Shown here one piece after another: positions 36,453-44,696 of a DNA stretch of 44,696 bases. Location: assembly GCA_964608715.1 (NCBI GenBank), contig CAZSPH010000002.1, forward strand, positions 6,545 through 51,240, read 5' to 3'. Below the pieces are notes generated by a model, which did not search any database, was not told where the DNA came from, and was given only the letters and a program-made list of their open reading frames with translations. The stretch's first letter is position 1; every line of letters begins with the position of its first letter. The DNA comes from an uncultured Gemmatimonadaceae bacterium (GTDB taxonomy: Bacteria; Gemmatimonadota; Gemmatimonadetes; Gemmatimonadales; GWC2-71-9). Both the position numbers and the translations under genes were made by a program.

Positions 36453-37813
36453 GCCGACTGGACGAGCTGGTTGCGGCCGGGCGCGAAGTCGCGGTGGCAG
36501 GGCTGGTCCGGAGTGGTACTGCGGCAACCCGTCTGCTGGCTTCACGTGGAGTCCCGGTATACGCCTCCGATCGCAGTCCTGAGATGACGGACGTCGCCGC
36601 CGGCCTGGAGCAGGAACTGGGCTCGTCGGTGGCGGCCGAAGCCGGACGGCACGACCTGGACCGGATCGGTCGGGCGGCGGCACTGGTCGTCTCTCCGGGC
36701 ATTCCTCCGTCGGCGCCCCCGGTGGCGGCAGCCGCGGCTGCCGGCATCCCGATCATCGCCGAAGCGCAGCTCGGCCTCGATGCGCTGGCCGGGGTGCCAT
36801 GGATCGCGATCACCGGAACCAACGGCAAGACCACTACTACGGCGATGGTGGCACACCTCCTTGCTGCGGCGGGGCGGCGGACCACTGCCTGTGGCAACAT
36901 CGGTACACCGGTGTCGGCAGCGGCCCTCGAATCTCCCCCACCCGAATGGCTGGCAATAGAGCTTTCATCGTACCAGCTCCATGACATGGATGCACCCAGT
37001 CCGGTGGTCGGCATTCTGAGCAATCTTTCCGCCGACCACCTCGACCGCTATCCCTCGATCGACGCGTACTACGCCGACAAGGCGCGTCTCTTCGAAGCAG
37101 CCGATCACGAGTCGATCTGGGTGACCAACCTCGACGACGCCGACAGCAGGGAGATGCGAAGCGGAGTTGCGGGCCGACACCTTTCGTTCAGCATCGCGGA
37201 GGGCGTCCGTGCAGACGCATGGTTCGATCGCGAGCGCGATACTCTGATGCTCGGTGACCATGTGCTGATCGAGCGGAGCCATCTGCAGTTGCCGGGTGAC
37301 CACAACGTCGCCAATGCCCTGGCCGCAGCGCTGGCGGTGCGGGTCACCGGTGTGTCGATGGAGAGTCTGGCACCGGGACTGGCGTCGTTCGCTCCGATGG
37401 AGCATCGACTCGAACCGGTGGGCACGGTCGACGGAGTCGGCTATATCAACGACAGCAAGGCGACCACGGTTGCATCGACTGCGGTTGCGATGGCCGCAAT
37501 GGACCGTCCCTTCGTGCTGCTGCTGGGTGGCATTCACAAGGGTGCGCCCTACACTCCGCTGCTGACCCATGTCATGCCGCATTGCGTGGCTGTCGTGGCC
37601 TACGGCGAAGCAGCACCGGTCATTGCTGCCGATCTCGGCGCCGGTGTCGCGGTACATCGGGCAGACAGACTGGATGACGCGGTAGCGATTGCCCGAGGGA
37701 TCGCACCGACGGGAGGAACAGTTCTTCTCTCGCCAGCGTGCAGCTCGTTCGACCAGTTCGCCGACTACGGTGCCAGGGGGCGGCGATTCCGCGAACTGGT
37801 GAGGGCGATGTGA
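36449..37813 (+). CDS. murD: UDP-N-acetylmuramoylalanine--D-glutamate ligase
   Basis: ITGTNGKTTT P-loop and NDSKATT motif. ATG 36449 overlaps the mraY stop (ATGA). The 36275 extension lies inside mraY and was not used. Confidence 0.93.
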   Translation: MSRLDELVAAGREVAVAGLVRSGTAATRLLASRGVPVYASDRSPEMTDVAAGLEQELGSSVAAEAGRHDLDRIGRAAALVVSPGIPPSAPPVAAAAAAGIPIIAEAQLGLDALAGVPWIAITGTNGKTTTTAMVAHLLAAAGRRTTACGNIGTPVSAAALESPPPEWLAIELSSYQLHDMDAPSPVVGILSNLSADHLDRYPSIDAYYADKARLFEAADHESIWVTNLDDADSREMRSGVAGRHLSFSIAEGVRADAWFDRERDTLMLGDHVLIERSHLQLPGDHNVANALAAALAVRVTGVSMESLAPGLASFAPMEHRLEPVGTVDGVGYINDSKATTVASTAVAMAAMDRPFVLLLGGIHKGAPYTPLLTHVMPHCVAVVAYGEAAPVIAADLGAGVAVHRADRLDDAVAIARGIAPTGGTVLLSPACSSFDQFADYGARGRRFRELVRAM

Positions 37814-38970
37814 GTTCCGGCACGGTCAGGCATCCGGGCGAGTATCGCTGGGAAACGCGACTGCTGGCCAGCGTTACGCTGTTTCTCACCGCGATCGGAA
37901 TCGCGGTCTGCTACGCCGCCGGGACCTACCGCGAGGACTGGTATCAGGAGGCCAGTCAGCAGATTTCCGGGGCGATCATCGGTGGCATCGCATTCGTGAT
38001 CGCCGCGAAGGTGGATTACCGGATCTGGTACCGCTTCGCCCGGGCGCTGTTCTACGGCCTGGCTGCACTTCTCGGTCTGATCGCGGTGGTGGCACTGATC
38101 TGGTACGGGCGGCGCGCACCGGATGCGATCGAGGCTGTGGTGCCTCGGATCAACGGATCGCGGCGCTGGATCAGAGTCGCCGGTCTGCAGTTGCAGATAT
38201 CCGAGTTCGCGAGGATCATCATGCCGGTGATGGTGGCTGCGGTCGCCGCCGATCTGGGCAAACGCATCACCGAGTTCAGGCGCGGTTACATCGAGCTGAT
38301 GAAGCCGGTGGGAATCATCGCACTGCTGGTGGTGGTTCAGCCCAACTATTCGATGGCAGGTCTGCTGGCGATGACCGGGCTGACTGTGGTGTTTGTTGCG
38401 GGTGCACGGTTCAGCTACATCTTCCTGACCGTACTCGCCGCAGGTACCGCCGGTGCTGCACTGGTGCTCGTCTCGCCGGTGCGACTGCTGCGCATCAAGT
38501 CCTTCATGCAACCTTCTCTCGAATGCGACAGCGAACTTCAGGTCTGCGATTCCCTCATCGGCTTCGGCAATGGCGGAGTGCTGGGCGTGGGCTTCGGCAA
38601 GGGAACCCAGAAGCTCGGGCATCTTTCCTACGGCTACTCCGATTTCATCCTCTCGGTGCTGGGAGAGGAATGGGGACTGGTCGGAGTTGTCGCCCTGGTA
38701 CTCTGCTTCGTGGTCTTCTGCTGGATGGGATTCCGGATAGCACGCACCGCGCGTGATCTCTTCGGAACCGCCCTCGCCGGAAGTCTCACCGCTACCGTGG
38801 GAATCGGCGCGTTCATGCACGCCGCCGTGGTCACGAAGCTGATGCCCGCAACCGGACTGCCGCTGCCCTTCATATCCGCGGGACGGCTGTCGCTGGTGGT
38901 CTACCTGCTGGTCGCCGGGATTCTCATCTCCATCGGCCAGCAGCGTGGTCGACCGGCTGTCGACCGATGA
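37810..38970 (+). CDS. ftsW: SEDS-family peptidoglycan polymerase / cell-division protein FtsW
   Basis: ~10 TM helices and SEDS motifs (QPSE-like QISEFARI, GFGKGTQK, YSDFILSVLGEEWG, TGLPLPFISAGR). GTG 37810 overlaps the murD stop. Confidence 0.92.
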   Translation: MSSGTVRHPGEYRWETRLLASVTLFLTAIGIAVCYAAGTYREDWYQEASQQISGAIIGGIAFVIAAKVDYRIWYRFARALFYGLAALLGLIAVVALIWYGRRAPDAIEAVVPRINGSRRWIRVAGLQLQISEFARIIMPVMVAAVAADLGKRITEFRRGYIELMKPVGIIALLVVVQPNYSMAGLLAMTGLTVVFVAGARFSYIFLTVLAAGTAGAALVLVSPVRLLRIKSFMQPSLECDSELQVCDSLIGFGNGGVLGVGFGKGTQKLGHLSYGYSDFILSVLGEEWGLVGVVALVLCFVVFCWMGFRIARTARDLFGTALAGSLTATVGIGAFMHAAVVTKLMPATGLPLPFISAGRLSLVVYLLVAGILISIGQQRGRPAVDR

Positions 38971-40070
38971 CGACCATCCTGATGGCCGGAGGCGGCACCG
39001 GCGGGCATCTCTTTCCGGCGATTGCGGTGGCCGAGGCCGTGCTCTCGCTCCGCCCCGAGTGGCAGGCGCATTTCGTCGGTGCAACCCGTGGCATCGAGGC
39101 GCGGGTGCTGCCGGAACGGGAGCTGGGCCACACCCTGCTGCCGTTCGAGCCGATCCATCGGCGGCAGTGGTGGCTGAATGTGCGCTGGCCGTTCAGGGCC
39201 CCCGGTCTGATCAGGCAGGTGGATCGGCTGCTGGACCGGCTCGCTCCAGCCGTGGTGATCGGCTCTGGCGGCTATGTCAGTGGCCCGGTGGTGTGGCGCG
39301 CAGCACGACGGGGGATCCCCACCGGCATTCTGGAACTCGATGCCAGGCCGGGGCTCGCCACCAGACTCGCGGCGCGGCACGCGGACGGGATATGGCTCGC
39401 GGCAGCGGAAGCGGCCACTGGTCTGCCGGTAGCAGTACGGCAGCGGATCACCGTCACCGGAGCACCGATCGTCCCTCCCGACCGATCCCGGCAGGCGGCA
39501 GCCGCAGCGCGATTCGGCATCGACCGGGCGCGTCCCGTGGTAGTGGTTACCGGCGGAAGCCAGGGGGCACTGGCCCTCAATCGGGCGGTCTCGGAGTGGA
39601 TCGCCTTGGGTGGTGCCAGTGACTGCCAGGTGATATGGGCAACCGGTCGCGGCTCGTACCACGAGTTCGTCTCCCATCATGCCCCGCCTGCTGTCAACGT
39701 GATCGACTTCATCAACCCGATGGCTGACGCCTGGGCGCTGGCGACGATCGCGATCGCCCGTGCGGGAATGATGACTCTCGCCGAGCTGGCTGCCTGGGGT
39801 ATCCCCGCGATTCTGGTGCCGCTTCCCACTGCTGCGGCGGATCACCAGAGTCACAATGCCCGTGCCGCCGCCGCCGACGGCGCTGCGCTGGTGCTGCCTC
39901 AGAGCAGCCTCACCGCGGCATCCCTGACGTCCGAGGTCGGGAGGATGCTGGGGGATCGGACCCTTCTGGCCGCGATGGCGGGGGCCGCGCTCGGTCGCGG
40001 TCGGCCGGACGCCTCGCGGGCTATCGCCGAGCGGGCGATAGCGCTGGGCGAGTCGACCGGAAAGGCTTGA
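38967..40070 (+). CDS. murG: undecaprenyldiphospho-muramoylpentapeptide beta-N-acetylglucosaminyltransferase
   Basis: N-terminal GGTGGHLFPAIAVAE, TGGSQGA, and HQSHNA near the C-terminal half. Confidence 0.95.
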   Translation: MTTILMAGGGTGGHLFPAIAVAEAVLSLRPEWQAHFVGATRGIEARVLPERELGHTLLPFEPIHRRQWWLNVRWPFRAPGLIRQVDRLLDRLAPAVVIGSGGYVSGPVVWRAARRGIPTGILELDARPGLATRLAARHADGIWLAAAEAATGLPVAVRQRITVTGAPIVPPDRSRQAAAAARFGIDRARPVVVVTGGSQGALALNRAVSEWIALGGASDCQVIWATGRGSYHEFVSHHAPPAVNVIDFINPMADAWALATIAIARAGMMTLAELAAWGIPAILVPLPTAAADHQSHNARAAAADGAALVLPQSSLTAASLTSEVGRMLGDRTLLAAMAGAALGRGRPDASRAIAERAIALGESTGKA

Positions 40071-40101
40071 GACACAGCGACTTCGCTGTTGTCGTCTCGA
40101 A

Positions 40102-41535
40102 ATGGTGGCAGGTATCTCCCGGGCGCCTTATCTTGCCTTCGTGCCCGGCCTGTTCGACCCCTCTGACCTGCGTCCGCTATTCTTCCTCGGCATCGGTGGT
40201 GCCGGGATGAGTGCATTGGCGCTGGCCGCCCGGCGCCTCGGAATTCCGGTCGCCGGAGTGGACCGTGACGACTCAGGATTTTCCGACCTCATCTCCGCCG
40301 GCGCCGTGGTCAAGCAGATGGCCGACGCCGATGATCTCTACGATGTCAGGGCGGTGGTAACCACTGCCGCTGCGCGGGACGATCATCCGGTGCTGCTCGC
40401 TGCCCGGCAGGCCGGCATTCCGGTGGTGCCGCGCAAGGTTGCCCTCGCCGAACTGGTGAATGGCACCACGCTGGTTGCGATCGCCGGTACCCACGGCAAG
40501 ACCACCACCACGGTGATGACCACCGAGGCTCTTCGCGGTGCCGGCCTGAATCCCTCCGGACTCGCCGGCGGACGGGTCACCACCTGGGGTGGCAATGCTC
40601 TGCTGGGTGGACGCGAGATCTATGTGGTGGAGGCCGACGAGTACGACCAGGCTTTTCTCACGCTGCGTCCGGCGATCGCGGTGATCAACAACGTCGAACC
40701 CGATCACCTCGAATGCTACGGTTCGGTCGAGGCGATGGAAGCAGCCTTCGTCACCTTCGCCGGATACGCTGACGCAGTTTTCATCGGTACCGCCGATGAA
40801 GGCTCCGACCGGGTGGCCGCGACTCTGGCGGATGACCGGGTCGTCCATCGCGTGGTCCGGTTCGGACTGGAGCGCGGTGATGGTGTGGTTGCCCACTTCA
40901 CCGAACTGGCTGCCGACCACACTCACGCGTGGATCCGCTGGCCGGATGGCGTCGAAATCGAACTCACTCTCAGGGTTCCCGGGCTGCACAATCTCCGCAA
41001 CGCGACCGCTGCGATGGCAGTAGTACGGCAGCTTGGCGGCGATCTGATGGGCGCTGCCCAGGCGCTGGGAGAATTCGCCGGCGTGGGTAGGCGGTTCGAG
41101 CGGCTGGGTGAGAGTGATGGCGTCGAGTTCGTCGATGACTACGCGCACCACCCCACCGAGATCACGGCCGCCCTGCTGGCGGCCAGGCAGGCCTTTCCCG
41201 GTCGCCGACTGGTCGCGACCTTCCAGCCTCATCTCTTCTCGCGAACCATCGAGCACGGCAGGGCGATGGGCGAGGCGCTGGCCCGTGCGGACGTTGCCGT
41301 GGTGACCGACATCTACGCCGCCCGCGAGGAGCCGGTACCGGGCGTCACCGGCAGGATCGTGGCCGACGCGGCGGAGCGGACCGGCGATGTCGAAGTCCAC
41401 TACGTCGCCGGACGAGGTGAACTCGAACAGGAAGTCTCCGGGCTGCTGCGGTCGGGCGACGTACTGATGACCCTCGGTGCCGGCGACGTGACTCTGGTCG
41501 GACGGCGGATCCTTGCAGGAATGGTGTCACGGTGA
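40102..41535 (+). CDS. murC: UDP-N-acetylmuramate--L-alanine ligase
   Basis: GIGGAGMSALA, IAGTHGKTTT, DDYAHHPTEI. Confidence 0.95.
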   Translation: MVAGISRAPYLAFVPGLFDPSDLRPLFFLGIGGAGMSALALAARRLGIPVAGVDRDDSGFSDLISAGAVVKQMADADDLYDVRAVVTTAAARDDHPVLLAARQAGIPVVPRKVALAELVNGTTLVAIAGTHGKTTTTVMTTEALRGAGLNPSGLAGGRVTTWGGNALLGGREIYVVEADEYDQAFLTLRPAIAVINNVEPDHLECYGSVEAMEAAFVTFAGYADAVFIGTADEGSDRVAATLADDRVVHRVVRFGLERGDGVVAHFTELAADHTHAWIRWPDGVEIELTLRVPGLHNLRNATAAMAVVRQLGGDLMGAAQALGEFAGVGRRFERLGESDGVEFVDDYAHHPTEITAALLAARQAFPGRRLVATFQPHLFSRTIEHGRAMGEALARADVAVVTDIYAAREEPVPGVTGRIVADAAERTGDVEVHYVAGRGELEQEVSGLLRSGDVLMTLGAGDVTLVGRRILAGMVSR

Positions 41536-42209
41536 GGCGACGCAACGTTCTGATTGCTGTCGCGCTTGCCGCGGTCGCGACCGGAGCGGTGCTCGGCGGT
41601 CGGGCGATGGTTTCGCGCCATCCCTTCTTCCAGGTCCGGGCGATCGAGTTCCACGGCCTCCGATACATCGACGAGCAGGATCTGGCCGGCCGGATCGGAC
41701 TGCCCGACAGCGCCCACGTCGACGTCGATCTCGGACCGGTGGCTGCGGCGATTGCCACGTTGCCGGGCGTCAGGGATGTCAGGGTCGAGCGTCGCTGGCC
41801 TGGAACCGTGGTCGTGACCGTGGTGGAAGCTGCTCCGGTGGCGGTGGCCCCGGTGGGCGAGAGCTACCTGGCCATCGACGACCGCGGCGTGGTGCTGCCG
41901 TACCATCCGGGCAGGATCCGCGAGTCGCTGCCGCTGGCACCCCGGGATTCGGTGACCGCGGCCCTGCTGGCCCGGCTCGCCTCGGTCGATCCTGAAGGCT
42001 ATGCCGGAGTCGAACAGGCCAGCCGAACGGGCGAAGTGATCACCCTGTCGGGAGACGGCCGGATGGTGCATCTGAGACAGGATGCCGATGCCGGCATGCT
42101 GCGGGATCTCGCCGTGGTCCGGTCCCGGCTGGTCGAGGAGGGAATCGCCTGGCGGGAACTGGACGCCCGGTTCCGCGACCGGGTATTCGTGAGACGAGGG
42201 AACGTTTGA
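41532..42209 (+). CDS. ftsQ: cell-division protein FtsQ (POTRA domain)
   Basis: N-terminal TM (VLIAVALAAVATGAVLGG) followed by POTRA-like FQVRAIEFHGLRYIDEQDL. Position between the mur genes and ftsA. GTGA overlap. Confidence 0.85.
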   Translation: MRRRNVLIAVALAAVATGAVLGGRAMVSRHPFFQVRAIEFHGLRYIDEQDLAGRIGLPDSAHVDVDLGPVAAAIATLPGVRDVRVERRWPGTVVVTVVEAAPVAVAPVGESYLAIDDRGVVLPYHPGRIRESLPLAPRDSVTAALLARLASVDPEGYAGVEQASRTGEVITLSGDGRMVHLRQDADAGMLRDLAVVRSRLVEEGIAWRELDARFRDRVFVRRGNV

Positions 42210-43462
42210 GCATTCCGGTGCAACGACTGGTTGCTGCCGTCGACCTTGGCAGCAGTGCGGTAAGGGCAATCATCGGCGAGGTCACCGGTGAAGGATCGCG
42301 CCCCGGACTTCGGGTGCTCGGTACCGGCAACGAGTCGTCGGTCGGAGTGCGCCGGGGGGTGATCCGCGACTTCGAGGAGACGGCGCGGGCGATCCGGAAG
42401 GCCGTTACCGATGCCGAGAGAATGGCCGGTATCCAGGTGGGGACGGTATATGTCGGAGTCGCGGGCGAACTGGCGGTGCAGCGGCTGTCGACCGGTGTCG
42501 CGAGTGTTCCCGGAACCGAGGTGCGCACCTCCGATCTCGCCCGGGTGAACGACATCGCCAGCAACATTGCCTTCGGCCACGACCAGGAACTCCTGCACGC
42601 CATTCCCCTGGACTATCGGGTCGACGGGATCCCGGCCGGGGGAGACCCGGTGGGGATGACCGGCGAGTCGCTCGAAGTGGAGGTATCGTTGGTGACGGCC
42701 CGGGCAGCGGCCCTGCTCCAGACCCGCCGGGCGGTGGAGAAGGCCGGCTGGCACGTGGGGGAGTTCGTCCTGGAACCGCTGGCGGCCTCCCTGGCAGGCA
42801 TGACAGCCGAGGAGCGGGAGCGTGGGGCCGTGCTGCTGGACCTTGGCGCGGGGAGTACCACTGTCGCCATCTTTCAGGGTGGGCTGCTCCGGTACGCTGC
42901 TGCCCTCCGGTTTGCCGGGGGACATGTTACGTCGGATCTGGTGCACGGACTCCATCTCACCCAGGCCGCCGCCGAGCGGACGAAGGTGAAGTGGGGGGCA
43001 GCATATGAACCGATGGTACCGGCCGACGAGGTGATCGAACTGCCGGCGGGCAACGGCCAGTCGGCGCGCCACGTACCGCGGAAACTGGTTGCGCATGTCA
43101 TGCACATGCGCCTCCAGGAGACTGCGGAACTGGCGTGGGATGAGGTTGCCCGGGCGGGGTGGACGATGGATCTTCTCCCGTCGGGCGTGGTGCTGGCTGG
43201 TGGCGGTGCCGCCGCCCCGGGAATCATCGAGCTGGTGCGCGACGTGTTTGCCGCTCCGGTACGGGTCGCGACACCGGGCGCGGAGACCCGCGGCCTTGCC
43301 GATCGGGTGTCCGGTCCCGGCTCGGCGGTGCTGGTCGGGCTGGCGTGGTACGGTGCGCGGCAGGTGATGATGGGTGGCGGATTCGGAGTCGGCGGTCGCC
43401 GGTCTCCGGCGATGGAGAAGGTGTTCGGTCCGGTGCGGCGCTGGCTGCAGGATTTCTTCTGA
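42206..43462 (+). CDS. ftsA: cell-division protein FtsA (actin-like ATPase)
   Basis: VAAVDLGSSAVRAIIGE phosphate-1 motif, LLDLGAGSTTVAIF, GVVLAGGGAA. Lies upstream of ftsZ. Confidence 0.95.
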   Translation: MSIPVQRLVAAVDLGSSAVRAIIGEVTGEGSRPGLRVLGTGNESSVGVRRGVIRDFEETARAIRKAVTDAERMAGIQVGTVYVGVAGELAVQRLSTGVASVPGTEVRTSDLARVNDIASNIAFGHDQELLHAIPLDYRVDGIPAGGDPVGMTGESLEVEVSLVTARAAALLQTRRAVEKAGWHVGEFVLEPLAASLAGMTAEERERGAVLLDLGAGSTTVAIFQGGLLRYAAALRFAGGHVTSDLVHGLHLTQAAAERTKVKWGAAYEPMVPADEVIELPAGNGQSARHVPRKLVAHVMHMRLQETAELAWDEVARAGWTMDLLPSGVVLAGGGAAAPGIIELVRDVFAAPVRVATPGAETRGLADRVSGPGSAVLVGLAWYGARQVMMGGGFGVGGRRSPAMEKVFGPVRRWLQDFF

Positions 43463-43483
43463 CGGGTTGCTGGGAGTGAGCAG

Positions 43484-44692
43484 ATGAGCGTGAGCGGAGG
43501 AATGGTCTTCGAACTCGACGAGCCGACGGCCCAGAGTGCCCGGATGAAGGTGATCGGCGTCGGTGGTGGCGGCGGCAACGCGGTCAACCGGATGATCGAG
43601 GAGGAACTCGAAGGAGTGCAGTTCATCTCGGTCAACACCGATGCCCAGGCCCTCGGCAACTCGCGGTCCGACGTGAAGGTCCAGATCGGACGAAAGCTCA
43701 CCCGCGGTCTGGGTGCCGGTGCCCGTCCCGAGATCGGTCGCCAGGCCATCGAGGAGAACCGGGACGAGGTGCTCGAACACCTCCAGGGCTCTGATCTGGT
43801 ATTTGTCACCTGCGGAATGGGGGGCGGTACCGGTACCGGAGCCGCGCCCATCATCGCCCAGATGGCGAAGGACGTCGGCGCGCTCACCGTCGGGATCGTG
43901 ACCAAGCCGTTTCTCTTCGAGGGACGGAAGCGGATGAAGCAGGCGGAGATGGGCATTACCGAACTGCGCCGCAACGTCGACACGATGATCGTCGTTCCCA
44001 ATGAGCGGCTGCTGGCGGTGGTGGGGAAGGGGATTCCCTTCCAGGACGCTCTCAAGAAGGCCGATGAAGTGCTGCTCAACGCCACCCGTGGGATTGCGTC
44101 GCTGATCACCAGTTCGGGTATCATCAACGTCGACTTCGCCGACGTCCGCACCGTGATGCAGAACGGTGGTGCGGCACTGATGGGAACCGGAATCGGTCGC
44201 GGCGAAAACCGGGCCCTCGAGGCCGCCCAGCAGGCCATCGCCTCGCCGCTGCTCGACAACGTGTCGATCAACGGAGCCAGCGGAGTTCTGATCAACATCG
44301 TCGGTGGTGAAGACTTCTCGCTTGGCGAGGCCACCCAGATCGCCGAGATCATCCACGATGCGGCGGGAGACGATGCCCAGATCATCTTCGGTACCGACAA
44401 CGTTCCGGCCATGACCGGCGAAATCCGGGTCACCGTGATCGCCACCGGTTTCGATCGGGCCGTGAGCGAACCGGTGGTCGATCGTGGACCCTCGCAGGTA
44501 CTGCCGTTCCAGCAGCGGCGGGGATCGCCTCAGGCTCCTGCCAGCCCCGCTGCAACCCCGGCCGCCCCCCAGGCATCCCCTCAGCAGCCATTTGCACGAC
44601 CGGCTGCACCGCCGCCGGCAACGAGACCGTCAACGTCGGGAGAGGTGAACGACATGGAGATTCCCACCTTCATCAGGAGGCAGATGGACTGA
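43484..44692 (+). CDS. ftsZ: cell-division GTPase FtsZ
   Basis: GVGGGGGNAVNRM, tubulin signature GGGTGTGAAP, Pro/Ala-rich linker, conserved C-terminal peptide DMEIPTFIRRQMD. Confidence 0.98.
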   Translation: MSVSGGMVFELDEPTAQSARMKVIGVGGGGGNAVNRMIEEELEGVQFISVNTDAQALGNSRSDVKVQIGRKLTRGLGAGARPEIGRQAIEENRDEVLEHLQGSDLVFVTCGMGGGTGTGAAPIIAQMAKDVGALTVGIVTKPFLFEGRKRMKQAEMGITELRRNVDTMIVVPNERLLAVVGKGIPFQDALKKADEVLLNATRGIASLITSSGIINVDFADVRTVMQNGGAALMGTGIGRGENRALEAAQQAIASPLLDNVSINGASGVLINIVGGEDFSLGEATQIAEIIHDAAGDDAQIIFGTDNVPAMTGEIRVTVIATGFDRAVSEPVVDRGPSQVLPFQQRRGSPQAPASPAATPAAPQASPQQPFARPAAPPPATRPSTSGEVNDMEIPTFIRRQMD

Positions 44693-44696
44693 TGAA

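Noticed and set aside
33900-36683. 927-aa minus-strand ORF antisense to murF/mraY/murD
   Set aside because: Same reasoning: the + strand frames carry canonical Mur ligase and MraY motifs, while the antisense product is compositionally biased and motif-free.
41999-44356. 785-aa minus-strand ORF (and the 523-aa ORF at 42874-44445) antisense to ftsA/ftsZ
   Set aside because: The + strand encodes textbook FtsA and FtsZ. The antisense ORFs are GC-content artefacts.

Overview
GC-rich bacterial chromosomal segment with a strong third-position GC bias. Every gene I can support (42 CDS and 2 tRNAs) lies on the + strand, and most junctions are 1-20 nt start/stop overlaps. I found no transposase, integrase, CRISPR array or rRNA. 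Left third (1-14.6 kb) is housekeeping: S9 peptidase (5'-truncated), CDF transporter, tilS-hpt-ftsH-folP, a DUF2723-type membrane glycosyltransferase-like protein, yggS, and ileS-dksA/traR-lspA-rluD. Middle (14.6-26.1 kb) is the part worth attention: a tightly coupled 13-gene block. It encodes an orphan chemosensory core (CheW-CheY-CheA-CheC), five TPR proteins of which two carry DUF4388/PATAN-type N-domains, and three consecutive Roadblock/LC7 proteins of which the last is clearly MglB-like. It also encodes an MglA-like small GTPase whose catalytic residues are nearly all substituted, and a 651-aa protein made of two tandem DnaA/Hda-type AAA+ modules with no DnaA N-terminal or DNA-binding domain. 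Next come an MA-clan metallopeptidase, a small membrane protein, tRNA-Val(TAC), a secreted TPR protein and tRNA-Asp(GTC) with an intrinsic terminator. Right third (29.3-44.7 kb) is a dcw cluster: rsmH-ftsL-ftsI-murE-murF-mraY-murD-ftsW-murG-murC-ftsQ-ftsA-ftsZ. It has no mraZ, and no murB or ddl between murC and ftsQ. The lineage guess is tentative: a high-GC member of the FCB-related/Gemmatimonadota-like or a similar group. It rests on type-2 IleS, a PASTA-bearing FtsI, DUF2723 and a TAnnTTTG-like motif, and cannot be confirmed without a database search.
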